Source: a bacterium
GTDB lineage: Bacteria; Hinthialibacterota; Hinthialibacteria; Hinthialibacterales; Hinthialibacteraceae
Assembly: GCA_963662285.2 (NCBI GenBank)
Contig: CAXXMV010000006.1
Location: 1,424,284 to 1,488,283 of the forward strand
Length of the DNA stretch: 64,000 nt
Reading direction: 5' to 3'
The notes beneath the pieces are model-generated. The model was not told the origin of the DNA. It ran no database searches and was given only the letters and a program-made list of their open reading frames with translations. Position numbers and translations under genes: made by a program. Of the stretch, positions 26,950 to 35,016 are shown one piece after another (position 1 is the stretch's first letter; each line of letters begins with the position of its first letter).

Positions 26950-27210
26950 ATGAGGTTTGTTCACCGCAAAAAATTCACCAAAGGTCTTGAAAAACTCACC
27001 CCAAACCAAAAGAAGAGCGTTGGGGAAGTTATTAAATTATTCGAAGATGATCCTTTCCATCCTAAACTCAATAATCATGCCCTTCATGGTAAACTAAAAG
27101 ATTTGCGATCTATTTCTGTCGGAGGAGATTTACGTATCACTTTTTTTGAAGAAGATAATTATGAGGTGGTCTACCTTGTATGTATTGGAACCCATAACCA
27201 AGTGTATTGA
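26950..27210 (+). CDS. RelE/YafQ-family type II toxin (mRNA interferase)
   Basis: The 86-aa protein has HPKLNNHALHGKLKDLRSISVGGDLRITFFEEDNYEVVYLVCIGTHNQVY. This matches the RelE/StbE/YafQ pattern (H.L.G.l.g.rs..v..d.Ri.f......v.l...G.H..vY). Confidence 0.78.
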   Translation: MRFVHRKKFTKGLEKLTPNQKKSVGEVIKLFEDDPFHPKLNNHALHGKLKDLRSISVGGDLRITFFEEDNYEVVYLVCIGTHNQVY

Positions 27211-27245
27211 AGATTCTTTACATTGGCGCCCCGGTATGATTTCAA

Positions 27246-27899
27246 TCAGGCTGGTTTCATTTTTAGGATTTTTTTGACAAGAAGGTCAACGTTCGTATAT
27301 GGATGCCATGTTCTACTTGATGGATTTGCAGCAGAGTTATGATGAAAATCGTTAATTCTTTCTGCACCTTTAAATGCTTTTTCAAGGTTGGGGTATAACG
27401 AATTAATAATTGATTGATTCTTTTTGTAATCTGGGATATATACTTGTAAATCATGTCTGACTTCATCGTTATCCTTAAATTGTTTTGTTGTATAAGCGAA
27501 ATGAAGAAGAAACCAGAATTCAAAACTGGGAGTTGAAAAAGCGATATTAAAGGTAGGCTTTTTCCCTTTTATATTGTTATTTATACTATTTGCTTTATCG
27601 ATGGCTTTATCGAAAGTTTCATGTGTATCGCGATCAAAAACACACCAAATGTGATCAAACAGTGCTTTATTTTTATTGAGCATTTTTTCTGCATGTTCCA
27701 CAACCTTTATTGGTGCAGAGTCACATTCTTTACCATGGATTTCTATCTGGAGTTGATGGATTTTCCTCTTTTTTCTTAGATCTTTAAAATATTGTGTTTC
27801 GGTCGTCTCTCTTTCGCATACAATCAATATTTTATTACCTGAGAATTTAGGAGCATTTTGAGTGAATTTATTTTTTGCGCGATTTTGATGTCTACTCAT
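27246..27899 (-). CDS. RloB-like protein (TOPRIM-like partner of an AAA ATPase; AbiLii-like)
   Basis: The N-terminal ILIVCERETTETQYFKDL matches the RloB signature (ilIvcEGekTEp.YF). Its ATG overlaps the ATPase stop codon (TAATG). Confidence 0.75.
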   Translation of the reverse strand: MSRHQNRAKNKFTQNAPKFSGNKILIVCERETTETQYFKDLRKKRKIHQLQIEIHGKECDSAPIKVVEHAEKMLNKNKALFDHIWCVFDRDTHETFDKAIDKANSINNNIKGKKPTFNIAFSTPSFEFWFLLHFAYTTKQFKDNDEVRHDLQVYIPDYKKNQSIINSLYPNLEKAFKGAERINDFHHNSAANPSSRTWHPYTNVDLLVKKILKMKPA

Positions 27900-29179
27900 T
27901 AGAAATCAAGCCCCCCCAGGAATGGAATAGCGCCATAGCGTCCCGCCAAGTATCCTTTTTGCAGGGCTTCTTCTTTCCGGGGCTTAAAATCGGTCAGGGG
28001 ATATAAAATAGTCGCGGCTTCTTTATTCTTCTCGGTAAACCAGACTTGGTCGCGTCGCAATATATCCGTATTCAACTGGGTTGTATCATGGGTTGTGAAA
28101 ATTAGTTGAGCGCCATTTTTATTCAACTCCTCGCTGTGCACCATCTCAATCAATTTTCTGAAAAGCATAGGATGTAAATTTGAACCGATTTCATCCAGGA
28201 AAATAGTTTTTCCTAGATTTAGTGAATCTACCAAAGGGCCGAGTAATGAGAACAAAACTCTTGTTCCTGCCGATTCTTTATTTGGAGTTAAATAGACATT
28301 TTTGCCTGTATCATTTTTCTTGTGAAGGAATTTCCATGCTATTAATTCTTCTTTTAATTTCTTAATAAACATATCCATTATTGAATTAGGTTTACTTGTT
28401 GGTGATTCTAAATTACGAAATTCATTCCTTTTCGTTTTTATATCCATAACGCCTAAATCCGCTTGTTTTAATATATTTCTAATGATAATAGACTGTTCAT
28501 TTTTATCATCAATAATTGAAGCGGTAATTTCTGAATTGGATAATGATTCAAAATAATCTAAAAATCGAAAGCAGTTTTTGAACCATTCGTAAACATTACC
28601 TAATTGCCTATGGTTAAATTGAGCGGCAGTCGATAGAAAGAGAGTTTTAAATTTTGTTTTCTCTTTCAGGCTTTCTTTCTCGCCCTTGAGGAATGTACTG
28701 AAATTCCATTCATACTCTTTTTTTTCATCATTAAAAAAACGGTAAAACCATTGCTGGGCTTTCCCATTAGGGTAGGCAATAAGCCATTCCTTATAAACTT
28801 TCTTTTTTTTTATCGCAAATCCATATTGATAACGGATTCCCTCATGAATAAAGATGATTTCGAATTCACTTAGTTCCTTTTCGCTTTTTGAATCAAATCC
28901 AAAAGGAGCAATATCAATTTCATCAAGAAAATTTCTTCGGATTGATTCGTCAACAATTAAATTTCTCATGAATTTTCCGGCTTTGTATAAATTGCTTTTG
29001 CCTGATGCGTTAGCGCCGTAGATGGCTGCGCTTTTTAGTAGTTTTACGTTAGATAATCCTGGCGCTTGGGGATCGATCAGGTGGTTGGGGTGTTCGTTGT
29101 CTTTATTGTTGGCCACCATGCTCAGGGTTTGTTTATCTTTAATGGAACGGTAATTTTTTACTGAAAATTCAATCAACAT
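27899..29179 (-). CDS. AAA family ATPase (AAA_21/ABC-like; AbiLi-like abortive-infection ATPase)
   Basis: The N-terminus is MLIEFSVKNYRSIKD. Walker A is YGANASGKSNL, Walker B is IFLDEIGSNLHP, and the signature end is QLIFTTHDT. Confidence 0.82.
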   Translation of the reverse strand: MLIEFSVKNYRSIKDKQTLSMVANNKDNEHPNHLIDPQAPGLSNVKLLKSAAIYGANASGKSNLYKAGKFMRNLIVDESIRRNFLDEIDIAPFGFDSKSEKELSEFEIIFIHEGIRYQYGFAIKKKKVYKEWLIAYPNGKAQQWFYRFFNDEKKEYEWNFSTFLKGEKESLKEKTKFKTLFLSTAAQFNHRQLGNVYEWFKNCFRFLDYFESLSNSEITASIIDDKNEQSIIIRNILKQADLGVMDIKTKRNEFRNLESPTSKPNSIMDMFIKKLKEELIAWKFLHKKNDTGKNVYLTPNKESAGTRVLFSLLGPLVDSLNLGKTIFLDEIGSNLHPMLFRKLIEMVHSEELNKNGAQLIFTTHDTTQLNTDILRRDQVWFTEKNKEAATILYPLTDFKPRKEEALQKGYLAGRYGAIPFLGGLDF

Positions 29180-29348
29180 TGTACTTGCCTATCAATTTAA
29201 TCGCGATTTCCGCATAAAAACTGCGGATGTATGGTTATAATTTACATATATATCGGATTATGTGCAAGTTTACTTGATCTTTTTTTAGATATTTATCTAA
29301 AATACTCTAATCATTTCTGAGAATATTCAGAATCATAAGTGATAGCAT

Positions 29349-29381
29349 CAAGGGCTGACTGCATTGCGGTCTTGCCCTTGG
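29349..29381 (-). repeat. Solo A-type hairpin repeat in the divergent intergenic region between the ATPase/RloB and pAgo/SIR2 operons
   Basis: The sequence is caagggctgactgcattgcggtcttgcccttgg, preceded by gtgatagcat (the conserved flank). Confidence 0.8.
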
Positions 29382-29509
29382 TGCCAGGCAATATCCTCTT
29401 TTACTGTTTTTTCTATCCAAGTAGATTATTTCGACTCATCATATTTCTAATAATAAATACCATGTTGATGATTATTGAGGTTGCTGTCGGAATTTTTTGA
29501 AACAATTTG

Positions 29510-29553
29510 TTGACATTTATTGTAACAAAGATTATGATTATTAATCTTTGTTA
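29510..29553 (+). promoter_or_regulatory. Sigma70-like promoter candidate for the pAgo operon, overlapped by a perfect 12-bp inverted repeat
   Basis: TTGACA (29510-29515) is followed by a 17-nt spacer and then TATGAT (29533-29538), about 92 nt upstream of the pAgo ATG. The inverted repeat taacaaagatta (29523-29534) / taatctttgtta (29542-29553) straddles the -10 box. Confidence 0.4.
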
Positions 29554-29629
29554 TATTCTATATTCTGTGAAACCGAAAGCAAAATATAGATAAACATTAT
29601 TTGAAAATCATTAATATTGGCGAATTAAA

Positions 29630-31531
29630 ATGAATGATCATAAAAAAATAGCTTTGAATTTCTTACCCATAGAACCACAGAATTTTGAATTCACAGTTTA
29701 TCGCAAGTTAATGATAAATAATGAACAGAGACCTTGTGAAGATGTTTTTAAATCTTCATTACCAAATGAAAAGAAAAATGAACCTTGGCCCAAATATTGG
29801 GTGTCCTTTACACAAAAAGAAGATTATGAAGAATTTTTAGTTAATACTAAAACAAACAATTATTTGACTAGAGAGTATCTTTTTCAACAATTAGTAATGA
29901 ATATCAAGGAGCATATTCCTGAACGACTCGAAAGAAATGAAGAAAAATTCTATAAACGTAGAATATTTTTTAAACTTGAAGAATTTGATATTGGCAAACA
30001 AGTAATATGGCTAGATCCATTTTATTTAAAAAAAACATCCACTTTTGGATTCTTAATTGATTTTTGTTTTATCTCTAATGATGATTCATCACATTCAAAA
30101 GAACGTCAAAAACTATCTCTTAATTTAGATAGTTCCTATCGCTCAAACAAAAATTTCCACCAAGAAAAACTTTATAAAATAAAAAATTTCATTGACATAT
30201 TTCTTGAAAAATTAAATCCAATTTCTGATAATACTGACTTGAACTTAAGGATATCTAACAAATTTTCATGCATTAATTCAAGTACATTAAGTAATAAAAT
30301 CTACAGTTTTGATAATATGAAAACTAATAATTCTCAATTTCAGGGAATCAAAGAATACGGACCCTATCAAAAAAGTAATATTAATATTCACTATCATTTT
30401 ATATTTAAGGAAGAAAATATCGATTTAGGCCGGGATCTATTAAGGGCTTTAAATGGAGAAACATTTAAACAAACTTTTCCAGGAATGGAAAAAATGTTTC
30501 ATATAAAATTAGGAAAGGATAATGTTTCAAAAATAATAATTAATTCATATAATAAAAGTGAAATTGATAAAGCAATCGAATCAATCAACAAATCAGGCTA
30601 TGAAAATAACATTGCTACTTTCATTTTCCCAGAAAAAGATTCAGATTTTTACTATAACCTAAAGAATGTTTTTCTTAATTCTGGTGTTTTAACCCAAGGC
30701 GTTCATATTGAAACCTTAAAAAATACGTCTGGTTTAAAGTGGTCGATTTCAAGTATTGCTCTTCAGTTGTTTTCAAAATCTGGTGGGGTGCCTTGGAGGC
30801 TTAAACCTAGTAATGAAAATTGTTTAATCATTGGAATTGGCAAAGCGCACCATCTGAAAAAAGATAATGGTCGAACTTTAGTTGAAAAATATTTTGCATA
30901 TTCTGTTCTGACAGATTCAAGTGGAAAATATGTTTCTATGGATGTACTTTCTAGTGAAAAGGATGAAAATAATTATCTAAATAGTCTTCAAGCAAATCTG
31001 AAAAAAATTGTAGAAGATTATAAAGATAAATATCAAAAAATCACTCTACATATACCTTTTAAAATACAACTACGAGAACTTGACGCAATAAAGAAAACGA
31101 TTATAAACATAGATTCAGAGAAAGAATTTGTTGTAATCAAAATTGATGATCAGAGTAAATATTTTGGATATAATATAGATGTTAATTCATTTGTGCCTTA
31201 TGAAAGTACTTTGTTAGAACTTTCACAAAATGAATATTTATTATGGACTGAAGGTTTAAATTACCATAATAAAAAAGTGATTAAACGATATTCAAATCCA
31301 CTCCATATAGAATTTTATTATTCAAATAAAAATTTATTAAGTCAGAGTGAAAAGAATTTATATTTACAGGATATAATGAATTTGTCAGGTGCAAGCTGGC
31401 GGGGATTCAATGCAAAGAAACTACCGATATCAATGTTTTATCCCAAGATAATATCACGATTCATAAAAGAGTTTTCAACTCGTAATCTAACAGAGATTAA
31501 TTTTCAAGATTTACCACCTTGGTTTTTATAA
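29630..31531 (+). CDS. Prokaryotic Argonaute (pAgo), catalytically inactive and PAZ-less: an N-terminal N/L1/L2-like region (~240 aa) followed by MID and PIWI
   Basis: The MID pocket pattern is FYYNLK...LTQGV...KWSISSIALQLFSKSGGVPWRL. The PIWI strands are CLIIGIGKAH, KITLHIPFKIQLRELDAIKK, EFVVIKIDDQSKYFGY, YLLWTEG, NPLHIEF and KKLPISMFYPKIISRFIKEF. Positions aligned by eye to three of the four DEDX residues read G, P and K. Confidence 0.85.
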   Translation: MNDHKKIALNFLPIEPQNFEFTVYRKLMINNEQRPCEDVFKSSLPNEKKNEPWPKYWVSFTQKEDYEEFLVNTKTNNYLTREYLFQQLVMNIKEHIPERLERNEEKFYKRRIFFKLEEFDIGKQVIWLDPFYLKKTSTFGFLIDFCFISNDDSSHSKERQKLSLNLDSSYRSNKNFHQEKLYKIKNFIDIFLEKLNPISDNTDLNLRISNKFSCINSSTLSNKIYSFDNMKTNNSQFQGIKEYGPYQKSNINIHYHFIFKEENIDLGRDLLRALNGETFKQTFPGMEKMFHIKLGKDNVSKIIINSYNKSEIDKAIESINKSGYENNIATFIFPEKDSDFYYNLKNVFLNSGVLTQGVHIETLKNTSGLKWSISSIALQLFSKSGGVPWRLKPSNENCLIIGIGKAHHLKKDNGRTLVEKYFAYSVLTDSSGKYVSMDVLSSEKDENNYLNSLQANLKKIVEDYKDKYQKITLHIPFKIQLRELDAIKKTIINIDSEKEFVVIKIDDQSKYFGYNIDVNSFVPYESTLLELSQNEYLLWTEGLNYHNKKVIKRYSNPLHIEFYYSNKNLLSQSEKNLYLQDIMNLSGASWRGFNAKKLPISMFYPKIISRFIKEFSTRNLTEINFQDLPPWFL

Positions 31532-31543
31532 AAGAAGATTAGC

Positions 31544-32596
31544 ATGAATTTTAAGGAAAACGAGATAATTTTTTTATTAGGTGCTGGGGCTAGTAAAGAT
31601 GCAGATATCCCAATGTCTAATGAAATGATTGAAAAAGTTGAAAATTTAATTTTATCTGATAAATTTTGGAAAGAGTTTAGGGATTTTTATTATTTGATAA
31701 AGAGTGCAATTTTTTATGCAGATGGTGTTCAGGGTAAGTTTAATAAAAAAGTTAACTTTAATATAGAGAGATTGTTTAATGTCTTAATTGAACTAGAAAA
31801 AAAAGAAGAACATCCACTATATCCATTTATTGGCCAATGGAATATTAAATTTTCTGAAATTGTAGGTAATGATTATGAGTTAATTAAAAAATTTCAAGAT
31901 TTAATCTTAAGTGAATTAAAAAATTGGATTACGCTAAAAATTAATAGTAACGCAGATTACTATAAAAAACTCAAAGATTTTAAAATAGAGATCAATCATT
32001 CTCTCAGGTTATTTACTCTTAACTATGATTTATGTGTAGAAAAGTCATTGTTATCAGAAGATTTTATTGTGGAACGAGGCTTCAATGAAAATCGCATTTG
32101 GGATTACAAAAAGATAATTGACTTTCCTGCTGACAATACTCCAGATATTTTTCTATATAAGTTACACGGCTCTATTGATTGGGAAAGAGATAAGAATACT
32201 GGAGAAGTCAAATATACTGATTGTAATGCACAAAATCCAGATTTGATTTTTGGAAGCGCCTATAAACTACAATATGTAGATCCATATTTATTTCAATTTT
32301 CTGAATTTAGGCACTACACTCTTAAAGCAAAACTCATAATTGTTGTTGGTTATGGCTTAGGAGATGAACATATAAATGGAATCATAAAGCAAGCGTTGGA
32401 GCAGGATGATTCAAAAAAATTGCTATATGTATCTCCTTCTGCAAATAAAGAAGAAATACAAAAATATCTTGGATTGAACAATGATGATCAATTGGAAACG
32501 ATAAAATCAAGTGCCTCGAATTACTTTCAGAAAGAATTAGAATTGAATAAATTGAAAAACTTCTTTCCAGATGATTCAGATGATTTATGGATGTGA
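31544..32596 (+). CDS. Stand-alone SIR2-like domain protein (SIR2_2 family), the predicted NADase effector partner of the pAgo
   Basis: The motifs are IIFLLGAGASKDADIP, RLFTLNYDLCVE, FLYKLHGSIDW and LIIVVGYGLGDEHIN. The gene starts 12 nt after the pAgo stop on the same strand. Confidence 0.82.
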   Translation: MNFKENEIIFLLGAGASKDADIPMSNEMIEKVENLILSDKFWKEFRDFYYLIKSAIFYADGVQGKFNKKVNFNIERLFNVLIELEKKEEHPLYPFIGQWNIKFSEIVGNDYELIKKFQDLILSELKNWITLKINSNADYYKKLKDFKIEINHSLRLFTLNYDLCVEKSLLSEDFIVERGFNENRIWDYKKIIDFPADNTPDIFLYKLHGSIDWERDKNTGEVKYTDCNAQNPDLIFGSAYKLQYVDPYLFQFSEFRHYTLKAKLIIVVGYGLGDEHINGIIKQALEQDDSKKLLYVSPSANKEEIQKYLGLNNDDQLETIKSSASNYFQKELELNKLKNFFPDDSDDLWM

Positions 32597-32751
32597 ATAA
32601 ATATAGTGATTTTAGTGGATGCTGGTTCAAAAGGGGTGATACGACAATGCCTTTTGTACGTTTGATCTTTTTAATGGATTATTTAAGAATAGTAGTTTTG
32701 TTGTAATGTGAATTGTGATATTACCAGTTGTAGGTAACAACCACACCCCTC

Positions 32752-33555
32752 TTAGAGATAGAAGATGGTGGTGAAGATCAGGTCGGTTATGATGATTAGC
32801 AGGATGGAGAAGACTACTGACCGGGTGGTGGAAACGCCGACGCCTTCTGCGCCGCCTTCTACTGAGAGTCCTTCATGACAGGCCACGATGGCGATAACCG
32901 CTCCGAAACCTACGCTTTTTATGAGTCCTGTGAATAAGTCGGTCAGAGTCAGGCTGGTTATGGTTCCGTTGAGGTATAGTCCCATGGACATGTTCAGATC
33001 GAAAATACCTACCATAAGACCCCCTGATATGCCGATGAAGTCATCAATGATGGTGAGGCAGGGCATCATGAAAACCAGAGCGATGAAACGGGGGACGACC
33101 AGGAAGGGAATCGGTCTAAGCGCCATGGTCTGCAAAGCCATGATTTCTTCGCCGACCACCATAGTTCCCAGTTCGGCGGTGATAGCGGCGCCAACCCGTG
33201 CGGATATCATGATGGCGGTTATCAGCGGCCCGATTTCGCGGCAGATAGTAACGCCGACCAGCCCGGAAACCATGTTGCCCGCTCCAAATTTATTGAGCTG
33301 ATAAGCGCTCTGCATGGCCAGGATCAAGCCGATAAGGAAATTTATTAGTATGAGAATTGGAAGCGAGCGTAAGCCCGCTTCCAGCATCATCGAAGTTGTC
33401 GCCTCGCGGCGGATGGTTTTGGATTTCGAAAATGGAGCAATTACGACATTATACATAACAGCGGAAAAAAGAATCCATAACCGTCCAATATAAATAAAGA
33501 CGCCCGCCAGTCTTGAATTCAGCATTCCGTTAGTTTTGTCTATTTCTGCTTTCAT
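32752..33555 (-). CDS. mlaE: MlaE/Ttg2B-family ABC transporter permease
   Basis: The multi-TM protein has REIGPLITAIMISARVGAAITAELGTM and GGAEGVGVSTTRSVV, which are typical MlaE motifs. Confidence 0.85.
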   Translation of the reverse strand: MKAEIDKTNGMLNSRLAGVFIYIGRLWILFSAVMYNVVIAPFSKSKTIRREATTSMMLEAGLRSLPILILINFLIGLILAMQSAYQLNKFGAGNMVSGLVGVTICREIGPLITAIMISARVGAAITAELGTMVVGEEIMALQTMALRPIPFLVVPRFIALVFMMPCLTIIDDFIGISGGLMVGIFDLNMSMGLYLNGTITSLTLTDLFTGLIKSVGFGAVIAIVACHEGLSVEGGAEGVGVSTTRSVVFSILLIIITDLIFTTIFYL

Positions 33556-33558
33556 AAA

Positions 33559-35016
33559 TTAAAAGTTATTGAGTTCCATTAACCAATCGTTGGTTGAATA
33601 AGGCGTTGCGTTGACTGATGTTAGCCCCATTGCGTTAAGTAATTGGGTGTAAACGCTGAGATAGCCATAACGGGTTGTGACGACGTTAGTCTGCGCTTCA
33701 ACCAGTTCGGTCAAGGCCTGGGTTACATCCAGGCTGTCGGCTAAACCTTCTTCGAAAAGGTTCAAGAAACGTTCGTGGTTTTCCTTGGCCACGATCTCTG
33801 CTTCCAGAGAAATTTCCATGTTGCGTTGTTCTTCCTGCAATGCTAAAGCCGATTGCTCAACCAGTGTTGATATGGTTCTGATAGCGTCTTCATAGCGTTT
33901 TTGCTGAGCGTTAAGTTGGGCTTTGGTGCGTTTCATTTTGGCTATTTTTCTGCCGCCTTCAAAAATGGGAATTTCTACCTGGAAGGATAGGGCCCATTCT
34001 TCTTGTTCAAATTCGACGCGCCCGCTTTCATTGAAACCCCAACGACCGCCAGCCGAAGCGCGGGGAGCGAATTCACCGCGTGCGATGTTAACCGACTCGC
34101 TGGTCTGGTCTACTAATAGAGCAGCCACTTTGATGGAAGGATGAGTCTCCCTGGCTATAGCAAATAGTTTTGAATAATTCTGCACAACATCAATGTTTTT
34201 GGATGATGGATTAAAATTAGCTAATTTATCAATTTGGAATGAATAGAGGTTGTCGATTGGGTTGCCCATGATCTGGTTTAGTTTCACTTGAGAATTTTGC
34301 AGAGCAATTTCGGATGAAACTACATCCCGCAGAGCTGAAGAACGGGATAATTGAGCGCGCAATACATCGGTGCGGATTCTCATGCCAACCTCAAAGTTGG
34401 TGGTAGCGCTGTTAAGTTGTTTGTCCGCTAAAGCCAGGCGTTGTTTTTGAACATTGAGTAGTTCCTGAGAGCGTAGGACGTCAATATACGCAACAACGGT
34501 ATTATAAACTACGGCCTGTTCCTGACCGGTCTCCTGCCATTTGGCTGCTTCTTGCTTAAGTTTCGATAGTTTGATTTGGCCGATTACGGAGCGGTCGAAG
34601 ATCAATTGGGATACGTTGATGCTATTGATGTAATTGGCGCCGGAGAAACCAAGTGCGCTTGGATCAAAAATGCCTGCTAAGGGAGAGTCTGCGGGCATAT
34701 CAAAATCATAACGACCAGAAGTGACTTTACTCATGCTGTTTTGAAATGAAACTTGCGGCCAATAGTAGCTATAAGCTTCGCTTTTGCCGTGTTTAGAGGC
34801 TTGTGAATCGAAACGTACGGCCATCAGTTCCCGGTTGTTTTCCAGTGAATTTTGGACTGCGTCGGATAAGGTGAGAACAGGGCGGTCGTCGGCAGTGGAT
34901 TGAATTGGATCAATCACATTAAGAGTCAAAGAAAAGATGAAAATGCTGACAATAGAAATGCAATATATAGTTGATTTGATTTTATCAACTATTGATTTCG
35001 TGCGTATAAGATGCAT
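33559..35016 (-). CDS. TolC-family outer membrane efflux protein
   Basis: The protein has a signal/TM segment. It also has two coiled-coil/beta repeats with LTLSDAVQNSLENNRELMA, PQVSFQ, and a Gln/Leu-rich heptad pattern typical of the OEP family. Confidence 0.82.
   Translation of the reverse strand: MHLIRTKSIVDKIKSTIYCISIVSIFIFSLTLNVIDPIQSTADDRPVLTLSDAVQNSLENNRELMAVRFDSQASKHGKSEAYSYYWPQVSFQNSMSKVTSGRYDFDMPADSPLAGIFDPSALGFSGANYINSINVSQLIFDRSVIGQIKLSKLKQEAAKWQETGQEQAVVYNTVVAYIDVLRSQELLNVQKQRLALADKQLNSATTNFEVGMRIRTDVLRAQLSRSSALRDVVSSEIALQNSQVKLNQIMGNPIDNLYSFQIDKLANFNPSSKNIDVVQNYSKLFAIARETHPSIKVAALLVDQTSESVNIARGEFAPRASAGGRWGFNESGRVEFEQEEWALSFQVEIPIFEGGRKIAKMKRTKAQLNAQQKRYEDAIRTISTLVEQSALALQEEQRNMEISLEAEIVAKENHERFLNLFEEGLADSLDVTQALTELVEAQTNVVTTRYGYLSVYTQLLNAMGLTSVNATPYSTNDWLMELNNF

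Noticed and set aside
27899-29179. The AAA ATPase as the missing MlaF partner of the nearby MlaE permease.
   Set aside because: It lacks the compact ABC transporter NBD layout. It has a long insertion between Walker A and Walker B, is AT-rich like the island, and is translationally coupled to an RloB-like gene.
29630-31531. Whether the pAgo could be an active slicer (long-A type).
   Set aside because: By-eye alignment to the DEDX positions gives Gly (GIGK), Pro (HIPF) and Lys (YPK) at three of the four sites. No PAZ-sized insert is present, and the gene is paired with an effector. All of this points to an inactive, effector-dependent pAgo.
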